64,000 bases of DNA from an uncultured Enterobacteriaceae bacterium (lineage in GTDB: Bacteria; Desulfobacterota; Binatia; Bin18): contig CAZBUD010000007.1 in NCBI GenBank assembly GCA_964495015.1, positions 21,462 to 85,461 of the forward strand. The letters are read 5' to 3'. Positions within the stretch are counted from its first letter, which is position 1, and each line of letters starts with the position of its first letter. The translations under genes were made by a program, and so were the position numbers. The notes beneath the pieces are model-generated. The model did not search any database and had not been told where the DNA came from. It saw only the letters and a list, made by a program, of their open reading frames with translations. Below are positions 26,997 to 35,993 of the stretch, one piece after another.

Positions 26997-27803
26997 CTAT
27001 ATACTGTTTTGTGACAAGAACTCTTTGAAGCGTAAGGTAAACGGCTCGCGTGCTGAGGAGACGAAACCGTGTCCGGCGTTGTCAAATATGGCTAATTGAG
27101 AATTCGGGATTTCCCTGGCTAAGATTTCCGAATTCGCCGCTGGAATAAGCACGTCCTCACGGCCAGTAGCGATCAAGGTTGGGGCGATAATCTCCTTGAG
27201 CCGCTTGTACACGCGGAGCGTCATGGTCGCTTCGAAGTGACGGTTGTAGGCAAAGTAAGGTGTGGAATATTGGAGCACGCGGCGCATGGTGGCTTCGAGT
27301 TCATCTCGGTGGGTGGTAATATAGTCTTCCGAATAGGACAAATTCCAACCATCTCGAATGGCGTCTTCAGGCGTCTGTCCGGGCCGCCCTTTCAGCGCCT
27401 TCATGGATTCGGGTGGGGCAGGGACGGAGTGCTTGCCGCCTGGGGTGGTACAGCCGAGCGCCAAACTCGCCACATGTTGTGGATGGTGAATGCCTATTTC
27501 CTGGGCTATCATGCCGCCCATCGAAATGCCAAAAACATGCGCACGTGGGATATCGAGTGCGCTCAGCAAGCCCACTGCGTCACTGGCAAAGAGTGCAATC
27601 GAGTAGGGTTTGTCGGGTTTGTCTGACTGCCCAGTACCACGATTGTCATAGATAATGACCTGATAGTCGGCAGCCATGTTTTGCACAAATTCGAGATCCC
27701 AGGCCGCGGCTGGTCCGCCCAATCCCATGATGAGTAACAGCGGCTGGCCCTGACCTTTAATGGTATAGTGAATATTCAGCTCATTAACCTGTGTGTGTGG
27801 CAT
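26997..27803 (-). CDS. Alpha/beta hydrolase
   Basis: Nucleophile elbow GISMGGMIAQ and the HG oxyanion region (LLLIMGLGG). Confidence 0.9.
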   Translation of the reverse strand: MPHTQVNELNIHYTIKGQGQPLLLIMGLGGPAAAWDLEFVQNMAADYQVIIYDNRGTGQSDKPDKPYSIALFASDAVGLLSALDIPRAHVFGISMGGMIAQEIGIHHPQHVASLALGCTTPGGKHSVPAPPESMKALKGRPGQTPEDAIRDGWNLSYSEDYITTHRDELEATMRRVLQYSTPYFAYNRHFEATMTLRVYKRLKEIIAPTLIATGREDVLIPAANSEILAREIPNSQLAIFDNAGHGFVSSAREPFTLRFKEFLSQNSI

Positions 27804-27925
27804 GCTCTCTCCTCTCGTTTGATGATACGGACACGTCTCCTCAGCAAGGGTCAGCGCTTCCCTGGGGTTTTAGCAAGCGGGCGCAGGAATTGCCAGGAAG
27901 AGTATGTCTGGTATAATTCAGAGCT

Positions 27926-28909
27926 GTGCAAACAGCCGAAGCACCAAGCCTGAAGAATACGCCAGACGTGGGGCAGGTGGTCAAAACACTCTCTCGGGTC
28001 AGCACCCGGACTGCGCTCTACCACCTGGCTGAAATCTGGCTGATGGTAGCTGCAGCCATTTACCTGAGTGCTGTCCTGTTCCCGCTTACGTCGGGCATTA
28101 TAGGGATTCTCGTCTACCTTTTCAGCGTGCCAATTGTGGCTTCACGCCAACATGCACTTACGGTGCTGGTGCACGAGGGCATCCATAAACGGCTATCACG
28201 CACCCTCTGGATGAATGACTGGCTGGCTCGGCTCACTGCGGGCTGCCCGGTCTTTATTTCGCTGGCTAAATGGCGCTATATTCATCTCGCGCACCATCAA
28301 TATACCAACACGCCGGATGATCCCGACCGCGCCATTTATGCCCGCTATCCGCTGGCCAGCAAGCAATTCTTTGGACTCTTAGTGCGCGATGTGTGTGGGC
28401 TTAACGTCATCTCTACGCTTAAATACTTTATTGATGTTCCACTGCTGACCTCGGCCTTTAACCGTCGTTTTCTGGGGGAAGTGCGTGAAGCCCAATATCG
28501 CCAAGCGGCCGATATGTGGGTCTTTTACTTGTTTTGGAGTGTTGTAGGAATTGGCGGGCTGTGGCTGTTCGGGAGCCAGGCTGCGGTCCTGTTTTTGCTG
28601 TATTGGCTGGTGCCGTACTGTACGTGGACCCAAGTCTTTTTTCGGATCCGGGGTGCTATCGAACACGGGAATGTGCCTGATCCACACAACTCATATCAAC
28701 AAACCCGAACCTATTTTATTCCGGCCTGGCTCGGCTTCTTTTTTGCGCCCAAGCATGTGAACTATCACCTTGAGCATCATCTGTATCCCTCTATCCCGTT
28801 CTACAACCTGCCCCGCATGCATGCGGTACTTAAGCGAGGCGTGTATCCACGTGAGTCCGGCTATTGTGAACCGTTTGGGGTCAGCCTACAGAAGTTGGCC
28901 GAGGGATAA
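27926..28909 (+). CDS. Membrane fatty-acid desaturase family protein
   Basis: Three His boxes (HEGIH, HLAHHQY, HLEHHLY) and multiple TM segments. Confidence 0.9.
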   Translation: MQTAEAPSLKNTPDVGQVVKTLSRVSTRTALYHLAEIWLMVAAAIYLSAVLFPLTSGIIGILVYLFSVPIVASRQHALTVLVHEGIHKRLSRTLWMNDWLARLTAGCPVFISLAKWRYIHLAHHQYTNTPDDPDRAIYARYPLASKQFFGLLVRDVCGLNVISTLKYFIDVPLLTSAFNRRFLGEVREAQYRQAADMWVFYLFWSVVGIGGLWLFGSQAAVLFLLYWLVPYCTWTQVFFRIRGAIEHGNVPDPHNSYQQTRTYFIPAWLGFFFAPKHVNYHLEHHLYPSIPFYNLPRMHAVLKRGVYPRESGYCEPFGVSLQKLAEG

Positions 28910-28941
28910 ATGTACCTCTCCCTGAATGGCAAGAGCGCAAC

Positions 28942-28970
28942 AAAAAGGGCAGCCACACGGCTGCCCTTTT
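28942..28970. terminator. Bidirectional rho-independent terminator
   Basis: AAAAA-GGGCAGCC-acac-GGCTGCCC-TTTT between convergent genes. Confidence 0.7.
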
Positions 28971-29011
28971 GCGATACGATCAGGTTTGCAAATACCCTAC
29001 CGGCGATAGGT

Positions 29012-30133
29012 CTACAGGCTGTAAGCCCGAGTGGCATTGTCGCCTAAAATATTTTGCTGGTCGGGCGGCGGAAGTTCTTTGATGCCATTCTTCAGGGTGT
29101 TGAGTGCATCCGGGAAGCCATCAAAGTGCGGGAAGTCCGTGGACCAGAAAAATTTGTCCGAGCCCCAACGAGCTGCCGCTGGTGCAATCATACTTTCATC
29201 CACATCCGCCCCGACCCACACCTGACGACGAAAGTACTCACTCGGCGGCCGCCTACAGGCCGTCATAAAACCACTGTGTTCCCACTTGCTATCCATACGT
29301 TCGATAAAGTGCGGAACCCAGCCGGCGCCGACTTCCAGGACGAGCAGCTTGAGGCGGGGAAAACGTTCCAGGGTACCGCCCTCAAACATGCTGACAAAGG
29401 AGGCTTGGATATCGAAGCCCAAGGTGACCGACAGGAAATAGAAGGGCGAACCGTGGAAAGTTGTATGATCATACCATTTGCTGCCGTGAAAGTCGGGTCG
29501 AACGACGACATGCAGGCCAACCGGAATCTGGAGATCTTGGGCGACCGTCCAGAACGGATCGTAATACGTATCTCCGTAGGCTTTGCCGTTGGTAGGGAAG
29601 GGCGTCATCATAACGGTCTTGAGGCCGAGCCTGGTAATGCGTTTCAGCTCAAGGATAGCGGCATCGACATCTATGAGCGAGATGTGCGCAGCGCCATATA
29701 AGCGGTCCGGATAGTGACTACAGAAGTCAGCAATCCAGTCGTTATAGACCCGGTTATAGGCCAGGGCGAGGCCCGGATCGTTGACTTCACCTTCCCACAG
29801 CAGGCCGAGTGTGGGATACAGCACGGCCGCATCGAGGCCATCGGCATCTAACTGCTTGATCCGTTCGTGCGGGTCATACGCTCCCTGAGGACCATCCATA
29901 TAATGAAACTCTTTCGAAAATGCGACTTCGCCGGGTTTTCCAAAGCCGGAGGCAACGCCCAGCCCTCTGATCGTCGGAGAAATCTGGCCATCAATGACAA
30001 GCGACTCCCAGCCTTCCTCATCCTTAGTGATGTAAAGCGCTCGCTCTTTGTATTTTGACTCAAGGTTTTCTTTCCACAGATTAGGTGGTTCAAGGACGTG
30101 ACCATCCGCATCAATAATTCTCCCCAATTGCAT
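29012..30133 (-). CDS. Amidohydrolase-2 (ACMSD-like metal-dependent hydrolase/decarboxylase) family protein
   Basis: MQLGRIIDADGHVLEPP N-terminus and ..FWSTDFPHFD near the C-terminus. ATG at 30133 is preceded by GGAGGG. The maximal ORF starts at 30199. Confidence 0.9.
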   Translation of the reverse strand: MQLGRIIDADGHVLEPPNLWKENLESKYKERALYITKDEEGWESLVIDGQISPTIRGLGVASGFGKPGEVAFSKEFHYMDGPQGAYDPHERIKQLDADGLDAAVLYPTLGLLWEGEVNDPGLALAYNRVYNDWIADFCSHYPDRLYGAAHISLIDVDAAILELKRITRLGLKTVMMTPFPTNGKAYGDTYYDPFWTVAQDLQIPVGLHVVVRPDFHGSKWYDHTTFHGSPFYFLSVTLGFDIQASFVSMFEGGTLERFPRLKLLVLEVGAGWVPHFIERMDSKWEHSGFMTACRRPPSEYFRRQVWVGADVDESMIAPAAARWGSDKFFWSTDFPHFDGFPDALNTLKNGIKELPPPDQQNILGDNATRAYSL

Positions 30134-30358
30134 GACGTATCCCTCCCTGTTGGTCTGGCTATTCGTGCTGCTTGTACTCTTTCCGGGACAAGAACACAAA
30201 CGGACAAAAAAATGTCTACTAGCTGTGCAGGCAGATGAGAGCGATTGCGTACTGTGGTGAGTGCTGGCTTAAACGTGCAGAAGGTATTTGCCTGAGGGGT
30301 TTTGTGTGCAGACTGCACGTTGAGCAGCGCTTTTGTCTTCACATGCGTGGTTCGCTTT

Positions 30359-30541
30359 TTAACGGATTCGGTGTACGTGCTCGGTAGACGTGTCGGGAGC
30401 GTCCTGGACTATGAGATCGAGAGCTTCTTGTCCGTGGCCGGCCTCCCTGATCTTGAAGTCTCCGATCTTGCGTAGTCGATAGACGAGGATATGGCGATTG
30501 TTTTCGTTATCTTCCACTATCAGAATCCTTTTCCAGCCCAT
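30359..30541 (-). pseudogene. Truncated response-regulator receiver domain (first ~55 aa only)
   Basis: MGWKRILIVEDNENNRHILVYRLRKIGDFKIREAGHGQEALDLI...PD, then a stop before the phospho-acceptor Asp region. A good GGGAGG RBS is present, so a short product is possible. Confidence 0.55.
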
Positions 30542-30622
30542 CACTGCCTCCCGAACCTGCGCCCGATGAAATGTCTCATTTTTCGGCATGCGATGAATTT
30601 TTCACGCCTGAGTAAGGAGTAT

Positions 30623-30694
30623 TGCCCTCGCCGGGAATCGAACCCGGACCCCAGGTTTCGGAGACCTGTGTGATATCCATTTCACTACGAGGAC
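30623..30694 (-). tRNA. tRNA-Arg (anticodon CCG)
   Basis: Hand-folded cloverleaf: acceptor GTCCTCG/CGAGGGC (one G-U pair), D arm GTGA-AATGGATA-TCAC, anticodon arm CAGGT-CTCCGAA-ACCTG, T arm CCGGG-TTCGATT-CCCGG, discriminator A. CCA is not encoded. Confidence 0.9.
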
Positions 30695-30773
30695 ACGAAA
30701 GGTGAAATATCATACCACGGCAGAAGGGGCAATGTTTTCGGGCGTGAGATGGGAGCGCGAGGGGGCGGGCGAG

Positions 30774-31151
30774 TTACTCTGCTCGTCCCGAGCCTTCAAT
30801 TGATAAGAGTTGTCCGTCATCAAATAACTTGTCGTTGAGATAAAGCTCAGGGTAGCGCGTTTGCATGTCGAGCCGTTCTTCCGCACCGCTTATGGTATCG
30901 CTGGCCGCATCCTCCGCGCTGGCTCCGGCTGCAAGATTTCCCCCGTATAGTTGCGGATACCGCAGGCGCATATCGAGGCGTTCCTCCAACCTATCCCCCG
31001 TGTTGCCTACTGCCTCTTCTTGGCTCTCTATTTCAGGACTTCCACTCAGCAATGAACCTGAAGATCCTGGGCGAATAGAATAGGAAGACTGGGCAGCAAG
31101 ATGCGGAGTGAGGAAGAGTGTAAGCAGCATGGCGCTTAATAGGATTTTCAT
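30774..31151 (-). CDS. Secreted hypothetical protein with an internal repeat
   Basis: Signal peptide MKILLSAMLLTLFLTPHLAAQ after an AAGGAGG RBS. Duplicated motif EERLDMRLRYPQLYGG / EERLDMQTRYPELYLN. The maximal ORF (to 31376) looks like a spurious extension. Confidence 0.6.
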   Translation of the reverse strand: MKILLSAMLLTLFLTPHLAAQSSYSIRPGSSGSLLSGSPEIESQEEAVGNTGDRLEERLDMRLRYPQLYGGNLAAGASAEDAASDTISGAEERLDMQTRYPELYLNDKLFDDGQLLSIEGSGRAE

Positions 31152-31210
31152 GGCTGAGACCTCCTTGTTTCTCAGTGGACAGATTACCCGGTCAGGGCGT
31201 GTTTCGCCAG

Positions 31211-31651
31211 TCACGTGGGATCTATATCTCTGGAGGAGACATGGGCGGAATGGACGAGGAGGCAGCCTTTGAGACGCACATGAATCGTTTTTCCGGCTCC
31301 ATAGCCTTTGACGATGATCTGTTGGCCTGCCCGGAGTTGTTGTGCTTCCTGCATCTGCGTCCGGTTCATCTGACACTCAATACCACTGAGCCTTGACTGA
31401 GCCCCTTGTAGAATGACGGCAATTTGCCCCGAGCCGTCTTGTTCCACACGCATGACCGCGCCGGACACCTGGAGTACTTTGTCTCGGTACTTTTGTTCAG
31501 CGGCCTGCCAGTCGTTGTCATATTCTTGGTACAGTGCTGATGCCGACGTTCTGACCTGAGGTTTTTGTCTCAGTTCGACAGCTCCTTCGTCAGATGTCCG
31601 AAAAAACAAGACTATACCGAGACAGAGAAGCGGGATGGCCACAAATCGCAT
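31211..31651 (-). CDS. OB-fold (tRNA_anti-like family) membrane-anchored protein
   Basis: N-terminal TM, then SASALYQEYDNDWQAAEQKYRDKVLQVSGAV..V........I.L.......IECQM.......QLRAGQQIIVKG, matching the tRNA_anti-like pattern. Confidence 0.6.
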   Translation of the reverse strand: MRFVAIPLLCLGIVLFFRTSDEGAVELRQKPQVRTSASALYQEYDNDWQAAEQKYRDKVLQVSGAVMRVEQDGSGQIAVILQGAQSRLSGIECQMNRTQMQEAQQLRAGQQIIVKGYGAGKTIHVRLKGCLLVHSAHVSSRDIDPT

Positions 31652-31743
31652 CGTATTTGCCCTATGCCCCTAAAAAATTAAGCCATTCTTCGTAGCGAGG
31701 TCAAGGGAGGGCTCGCTAAAAAAAGCACTGCAGCTAGAAATGG

Positions 31744-32253
31744 TTGGGAATCTTTGCCGACCGCACCGGGGTATGTGGATATGGTTTCGGATGCTTGTAC
31801 TGTTCTCTTTGTTGCTATGGCACCAATCGGGTAAAACGCAGGTGCTCGCTCCGCAATGAATGGATCCCTTTAGTGTCCCTTTCGAGAGACTCGGACAAGG
31901 AATGGGCGAGGATAAAAAAATATGTCCGCCCTGCGGATCCATCTACTATTGCGATAGTGAAGGAAAATAAGCAAAATAATGCGCGTCGTCTTTTACAACA
32001 GATTGATGCAGGGGCTGATATCAACGCAGGGACAGCGGATGGAATGACGGCACGTGCGGCTATCTACGGTCATGCGAATATGGTCAGATTCTTTCTTGAG
32101 CGAGGCGCATATGTCGAAGCGAAGACGGCGTCTGGAGGAACCGCTCTGAGCGGTGCCCGTGACCGCCGGCTGTGGAATATGGGTGGTAAGCAGCACGTCG
32201 AGGTTGTAGCCCTTCCTACGCAGGTCGGAGCCGCGCAGCGGGCAGTGCGTTAA
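31744..32253 (+). CDS. Ankyrin-repeat protein (start uncertain)
   Basis: ..LLQQIDAGADINAGTADGMTARAAIYGHANMVRFFLERGAYVEAKTASGGTALSGA.. gives about 2.5 ankyrin units. The maximal ORF starts at a TTG, and the N-terminal 60 aa are not convincing. Confidence 0.55.
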   Translation: MGIFADRTGVCGYGFGCLYCSLCCYGTNRVKRRCSLRNEWIPLVSLSRDSDKEWARIKKYVRPADPSTIAIVKENKQNNARRLLQQIDAGADINAGTADGMTARAAIYGHANMVRFFLERGAYVEAKTASGGTALSGARDRRLWNMGGKQHVEVVALPTQVGAAQRAVR

Positions 32254-32281
32254 GGAGTTGCGTATTGTTATTCCGGCTTGG

Positions 32282-32935
32282 CTATTCCTGCTTGAGCATC
32301 TCAATATCCCGAAGCAGTTGTCCCATTGATGCAGCATCATCTTCATGGTAATAGCCCCTGATGCGGAGTTGACCGTCTATTAATACAAAACGGTTACTGT
32401 GCACGATCGGCTCATTTGTGGTCAGACGCGGGTCATTCGGCTCTAAGGCTTCAACGCTGAGCTGAAACCCGTGTTGAATGAGGGAATACATCTGGCTGCG
32501 CTTGCCGGTCAGAAAGAGCCAGCGCTGTGCATCCGCGTGGTAGCGCTGGGCATAATGCTGTAAGACCTGCGGTGTGTCTCGTTCAGGGTCAACACTAAAA
32601 GAAAGCAAGCGGACGGGTTCGTTGCGCAGAGTCGTCTGCAATCGTGACATGCGCTGACTCAACATTGGGCACATGCCTGGACAATGGGTAAAGATAAAGT
32701 CGGCGATCCAGATTGAACCAAGCAGGTGGGTGTGTGTAAAGGGTTGTTCGCTACGCTCAATGAGCGAGAATTCGGGGACTTCCCCGTAGATAGGAAGCTT
32801 ACCTGGTAGAGCTGAGTCTGAAGGCGCTGAGAGGCTAGACCACGCGCCGTATCCAATAACGCCAGCCAGGACAAGCCCAAGGGCTCCCCAGATGAGCTGC
32901 TGGGATCGAAGCTCTTGAACCTGGGGAGCTGACAT
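32282..32935 (-). CDS. SCO1/SenC family copper chaperone
   Basis: Thioredoxin-fold CxxxC motif FTHCPGMCP with an N-terminal TM. Last gene of the oxidase operon. Confidence 0.9.
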   Translation of the reverse strand: MSAPQVQELRSQQLIWGALGLVLAGVIGYGAWSSLSAPSDSALPGKLPIYGEVPEFSLIERSEQPFTHTHLLGSIWIADFIFTHCPGMCPMLSQRMSRLQTTLRNEPVRLLSFSVDPERDTPQVLQHYAQRYHADAQRWLFLTGKRSQMYSLIQHGFQLSVEALEPNDPRLTTNEPIVHSNRFVLIDGQLRIRGYYHEDDAASMGQLLRDIEMLKQE

Positions 32936-32944
32936 GCGCGAGAG

Positions 32945-33295
32945 TTAGTTGTGAACCGTTTCGCTGACGACGGGTTGCTCAGCTGGTGTGTAGGTTTTCG
33001 TACTTGCAGTTATGTCTGGCAGTAACATCACAATGAGAAAGATACAGATCGCCATTGGAGTCATTGCAATGACTCCAAGAAGTGTTCGTTCGAACCGTAG
33101 ATGCATGAAATATAGCGCGACGATGACGGCTTTCACAACTGCCAGAGAAACAAGTAGCGTCCCGGCAGTCAGTTTTGCCGAAATGAGTTGGGGAATGATG
33201 ATTTCAATAATCGTCAGAATGGTGAGTACCACCATAATGGCGAAATAGTTCGGTTCTGCATGCTCTGCATGTTCGCTTGCCATCATATCTCCCAT
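32945..33295 (-). CDS. Cytochrome c oxidase subunit IV (prokaryotic COX4 family)
   Basis: 116 aa with three TM segments and ..VKAVIVALYFMHLRFE.. typical of bacterial subunit IV. Abuts the ctaE stop. Confidence 0.7.
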   Translation of the reverse strand: MGDMMASEHAEHAEPNYFAIMVVLTILTIIEIIIPQLISAKLTAGTLLVSLAVVKAVIVALYFMHLRFERTLLGVIAMTPMAICIFLIVMLLPDITASTKTYTPAEQPVVSETVHN

Positions 33296-33919
33296 CTACA
33301 GCAGGTACACAAAGGTAAAGACCAAGATCCAGACCAGATCCACAAAGTGCCAATACAGGCCGACAATTTCGACTGGGCTAGCATTGTCCCCAGTGAATCT
33401 GCCTCCGATGCCTGTCCACAGAACGCAGGATAGGTAGACGACCCCGCTAAAGACGTGTAAGCCATGAAAGCCGGTCAGGACGTAAAAGGTCGTACCAAAT
33501 AAGGAAGCTCCCCAGGGGTTCCCGCTCATGGTCATGCCTTCGTGGGTCAGATGCGTCCATTCATAGGCCTGCAGTCCCAAAAAGACTGTTCCACCGAGAA
33601 TGGTCAGCAGCATGAATTTGCGGAATCCGGCAAGGTTGTTGTGTTTCGCTGCGGATAGAGCTTTGACCATAGTAAAGCTGGTGACAATCAGTAGGAAGGT
33701 CATGAAAGCGGTGAGCTGGATTCCCAGTGTCTGAAGTGGATTGGGCCAGTCCGGACTACCAGCGCGGATCGCGCCGTAACCGGCCAAAAGTCCACCAAAG
33801 GACATGGCGTCGCCTGCTAGGAAAACCCACATTCCCAGCTTGCCCCAGCTCTCTGGGGTGACGGGTGATTCTGCCTGCTGCCGCACATCGGCCTGGGAGT
33901 CTATAACAGCTTCGCTCAA
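33296..33919 (-). CDS. ctaE: Cytochrome c oxidase subunit III
   Basis: WVFLAGDAMSFGGL, TGFHGLHVFSGV and YWHFVDLVWI motifs. A likely TTG start at 33919 is preceded by GGAGG and overlaps the upstream ORF stop (TTGA). The maximal ORF runs to 34000. Confidence 0.9.
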   Translation of the reverse strand: MSEAVIDSQADVRQQAESPVTPESWGKLGMWVFLAGDAMSFGGLLAGYGAIRAGSPDWPNPLQTLGIQLTAFMTFLLIVTSFTMVKALSAAKHNNLAGFRKFMLLTILGGTVFLGLQAYEWTHLTHEGMTMSGNPWGASLFGTTFYVLTGFHGLHVFSGVVYLSCVLWTGIGGRFTGDNASPVEIVGLYWHFVDLVWILVFTFVYLL

Positions 33920-34260
33920 GATTGTTCCTCCTTCGGTGTCGACAATACCTCGAAAGGTAATATCGTCCCTTCTGCTCGTGATGAGCGATTCATTTTCCAA
34001 TGTCGGAAAAGGATACAGCTGGCTATGGAACCGAATACGACAAACGGCATGGCCATTAAAAAGAAGGCGCTGCGTAACATGCCTTGAACCAAAGTTGCAT
34101 TTTCACTGGGAAAAAGAGTCTGGCACATTGCGCATCCTTGCGCTAGGGCGTCTTGGCTTGCGCCTAATGTTAGCATGCTCAACACGAGCAGATATGCAAT
34201 CGTCATGTATGCAGTCGTATAGAAGCGGGCGGGCCATCGAGGCGTGAGACGTATACGCAT
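33916..34260 (-). CDS. Hypothetical small membrane protein with a CxxC motif inside the oxidase operon
   Basis: Signal/TM segment, GCAMCQ, then a second TM (AFFLMAMPFVVFGSIASCILF). Translationally coupled to ctaE. I recognise no family. Confidence 0.4.
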   Translation of the reverse strand: MRIRLTPRWPARFYTTAYMTIAYLLVLSMLTLGASQDALAQGCAMCQTLFPSENATLVQGMLRSAFFLMAMPFVVFGSIASCILFRHWKMNRSSRAEGTILPFEVLSTPKEEQS

Positions 34261-34270
34261 AGGCCCTGTT

Positions 34271-34930
34271 TTAATTTAAATAGATGAGGGGAAAAAGTAC
34301 CAGCCACAAAGCGCCGACGTAGTACCAATACATACTGCACGTCTCGACGCCGATATGGCTGCGGTGCGAAAACCTGCCACGTCGGGCTTGCATCAATACA
34401 ATACTCAGCCAGAGGACAGCCGCAAGCACATGCAAGCCGTGACAACCAATCAGAGTATAGAAAGTCGCGCCATACATGCCCGTGGAGATTGTCAGACCAT
34501 CACGGACGAGTTGGACCCACTCATAGCCTTGCACGCTCAGAAAAATGCCGCCCAGCAGCGCCGTGATGGTGAGCCATCTGACAAACGGCTGCTGATTTGC
34601 CCGGCCAGACCGGATAGCCCTGAGAGCCCGGTGCATGGTGTAGCAACTGAACAGGAGAAAACATGTATTCACCCAGGTCACTCCGACCGGCAAGTATAAA
34701 TGGCCTGAGGGCCAGACTCGACTGCCAAACCGGAAAACCACATAGGCGCCAATTAAACCGGAGAAAAACATAGTTTCTGCACCGATCAACATGAGCATGC
34801 CCATGCGGGCGTTACTCATGGGTGGTTGTGAAACGTGTGGCGGGCGAGGGGGACCGAAACTCGGCACAGCGGTCAATACATCGCTCGGGGGGGAAATCGG
34901 AGCGGGTGCGGCGGTTGATGCGTGCGACAT
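34271..34930 (-). CDS. Second cytochrome c oxidase subunit III-like protein
   Basis: MLMLIGAETMFFSGLIGAY, IGCHGLHVLAAV and YWYYVGALWLVLF. A start at ATG 34930 (MSHAS..) is preferred over 34990. Confidence 0.85.
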   Translation of the reverse strand: MSHASTAAPAPISPPSDVLTAVPSFGPPRPPHVSQPPMSNARMGMLMLIGAETMFFSGLIGAYVVFRFGSRVWPSGHLYLPVGVTWVNTCFLLFSCYTMHRALRAIRSGRANQQPFVRWLTITALLGGIFLSVQGYEWVQLVRDGLTISTGMYGATFYTLIGCHGLHVLAAVLWLSIVLMQARRGRFSHRSHIGVETCSMYWYYVGALWLVLFPLIYLN

Positions 34931-34955
34931 ACTCGAGGTGCTTCTCTCAGCTTGA

Positions 34956-35072
34956 CTAGACGAAAATGATAAAACAGGTCGTTGCCGCAATATACAGCAC
35001 GATGAAGAATGCGAGCTTGCGGCCTAAGGAGTAATTCTTGTCCTGCCATTCGATCCGGGTTACAAACTTCAT
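34956..35072 (-). CDS. Candidate 38-aa single-TM micro-protein between ctaB and the subunit III paralog
   Basis: ATG AAG TTT... encodes MKFVTRIEWQDKNYSLGRKLAFFIVLYIAATTCFIIFV*. It is below the ORF-track size cutoff, fills an otherwise empty operon gap, and has a weak AAAGGGG upstream. Confidence 0.3.
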   Translation of the reverse strand: MKFVTRIEWQDKNYSLGRKLAFFIVLYIAATTCFIIFV

Positions 35073-35087
35073 GAAACACCCCTTTGC

Positions 35088-35993
35088 TCAGAGTGGAATC
35101 TTATCCAGGGCCATAGCGGTCAGCAAGACCGGCAAATAGACAAGCGAGACCAACATGAGCTGTCGTGCGGACTCACGCGAACGCGTTCGGGCCAAGATAG
35201 TACCGTACCACAGCAACAGACAGCCTAGGCAAAACGCCACAACAAAATAACGTGGTCCGGCTAGGCCGACAAGAGTCGGTAGGAGGCCAACGGCTAAGAG
35301 GGCAAGACAGTTGGTGATAACCTGCCGCCCGGTACTGCGGCCGTCCGGTTCAATAACCGGTAGGAGCTGAAAGCCGGCGCGTGCATAGTCTTCCCGGTAC
35401 AGCCAGGCGATAGCCAGGGAGTGTGGCATCTGCCACAAAAACATAATCGAGAACAAAATCCCGGCTTCTATGCTGAGCGTGTCATTGATGGCTACCCAGC
35501 CAATGACGGGAGGAAGTGCGCCGGGGACTGCCCCAACGATGCTACACAGTGCAGTCTTCTTTTTTAAGGGGGTATATGCAAATAAATAGCTCACCGTGAT
35601 AAGCGCGGTAACCAAAGCGCTCAATGGATTCACCACCAGCATTAGGTAGACCAACCCAACCGAGGTCAGCAGCGCCCCAAATATGAGCGCGTCCATCGGT
35701 TGCAGCCGGCCATCCGGCAACGGGCGTGTTTTTGTACGATCCATGAGGGCATCCTCCTCACGCTCGATGAGTTGATTGAGGGCGAGGGTACCGCCACCGG
35801 CGAGTCCAGTGCCGATCAGGGTGTGCAACAGGAGTCCATAGTCAACGCTGAGCCAAGAGCCGAGATAAAAGCCGACGGCCGTGGTCACCAGGATCATACT
35901 CACCAAGCGTGGCTTGGTGAGTTCGACGAAGGCGGCCAAGCGACGGCGGGTGCGCGCCAAGTCCAGCCCCATAGCCTGTGTTTGCTGTATCAT
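35088..35993 (-). CDS. ctaB: Protoheme IX farnesyltransferase (heme O synthase)
   Basis: FVELTKPRLVSM.., a UbiA-family polytopic membrane protein. ATG at 35993 overlaps the ctaA stop (ATGA). The 460-aa maximal ORF is an out-of-frame read-through of ctaA. Confidence 0.9.
   Translation of the reverse strand: MIQQTQAMGLDLARTRRRLAAFVELTKPRLVSMILVTTAVGFYLGSWLSVDYGLLLHTLIGTGLAGGGTLALNQLIEREEDALMDRTKTRPLPDGRLQPMDALIFGALLTSVGLVYLMLVVNPLSALVTALITVSYLFAYTPLKKKTALCSIVGAVPGALPPVIGWVAINDTLSIEAGILFSIMFLWQMPHSLAIAWLYREDYARAGFQLLPVIEPDGRSTGRQVITNCLALLAVGLLPTLVGLAGPRYFVVAFCLGCLLLWYGTILARTRSRESARQLMLVSLVYLPVLLTAMALDKIPL

Noticed and set aside
9700-30694. Calling the accessory block next to tRNA-Arg a genomic island
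   Set aside because: There is no integrase, transposase or conjugation gene, and I could not see a direct repeat of the tRNA 3' end. The composition looks similar to the flanking core genes by eye. The tRNA/truncated-regulator junction is kept only as a low-interest finding.
31744-31900. A possible frameshift linking a signal-peptide-like frame (MWIWFRMLVLFSLLLW..) to the ankyrin ORF
   Set aside because: The short hydrophobic frame ends after 28 codons and I found no family-based junction that supports joining the frames. The ankyrin start is simply marked as uncertain.
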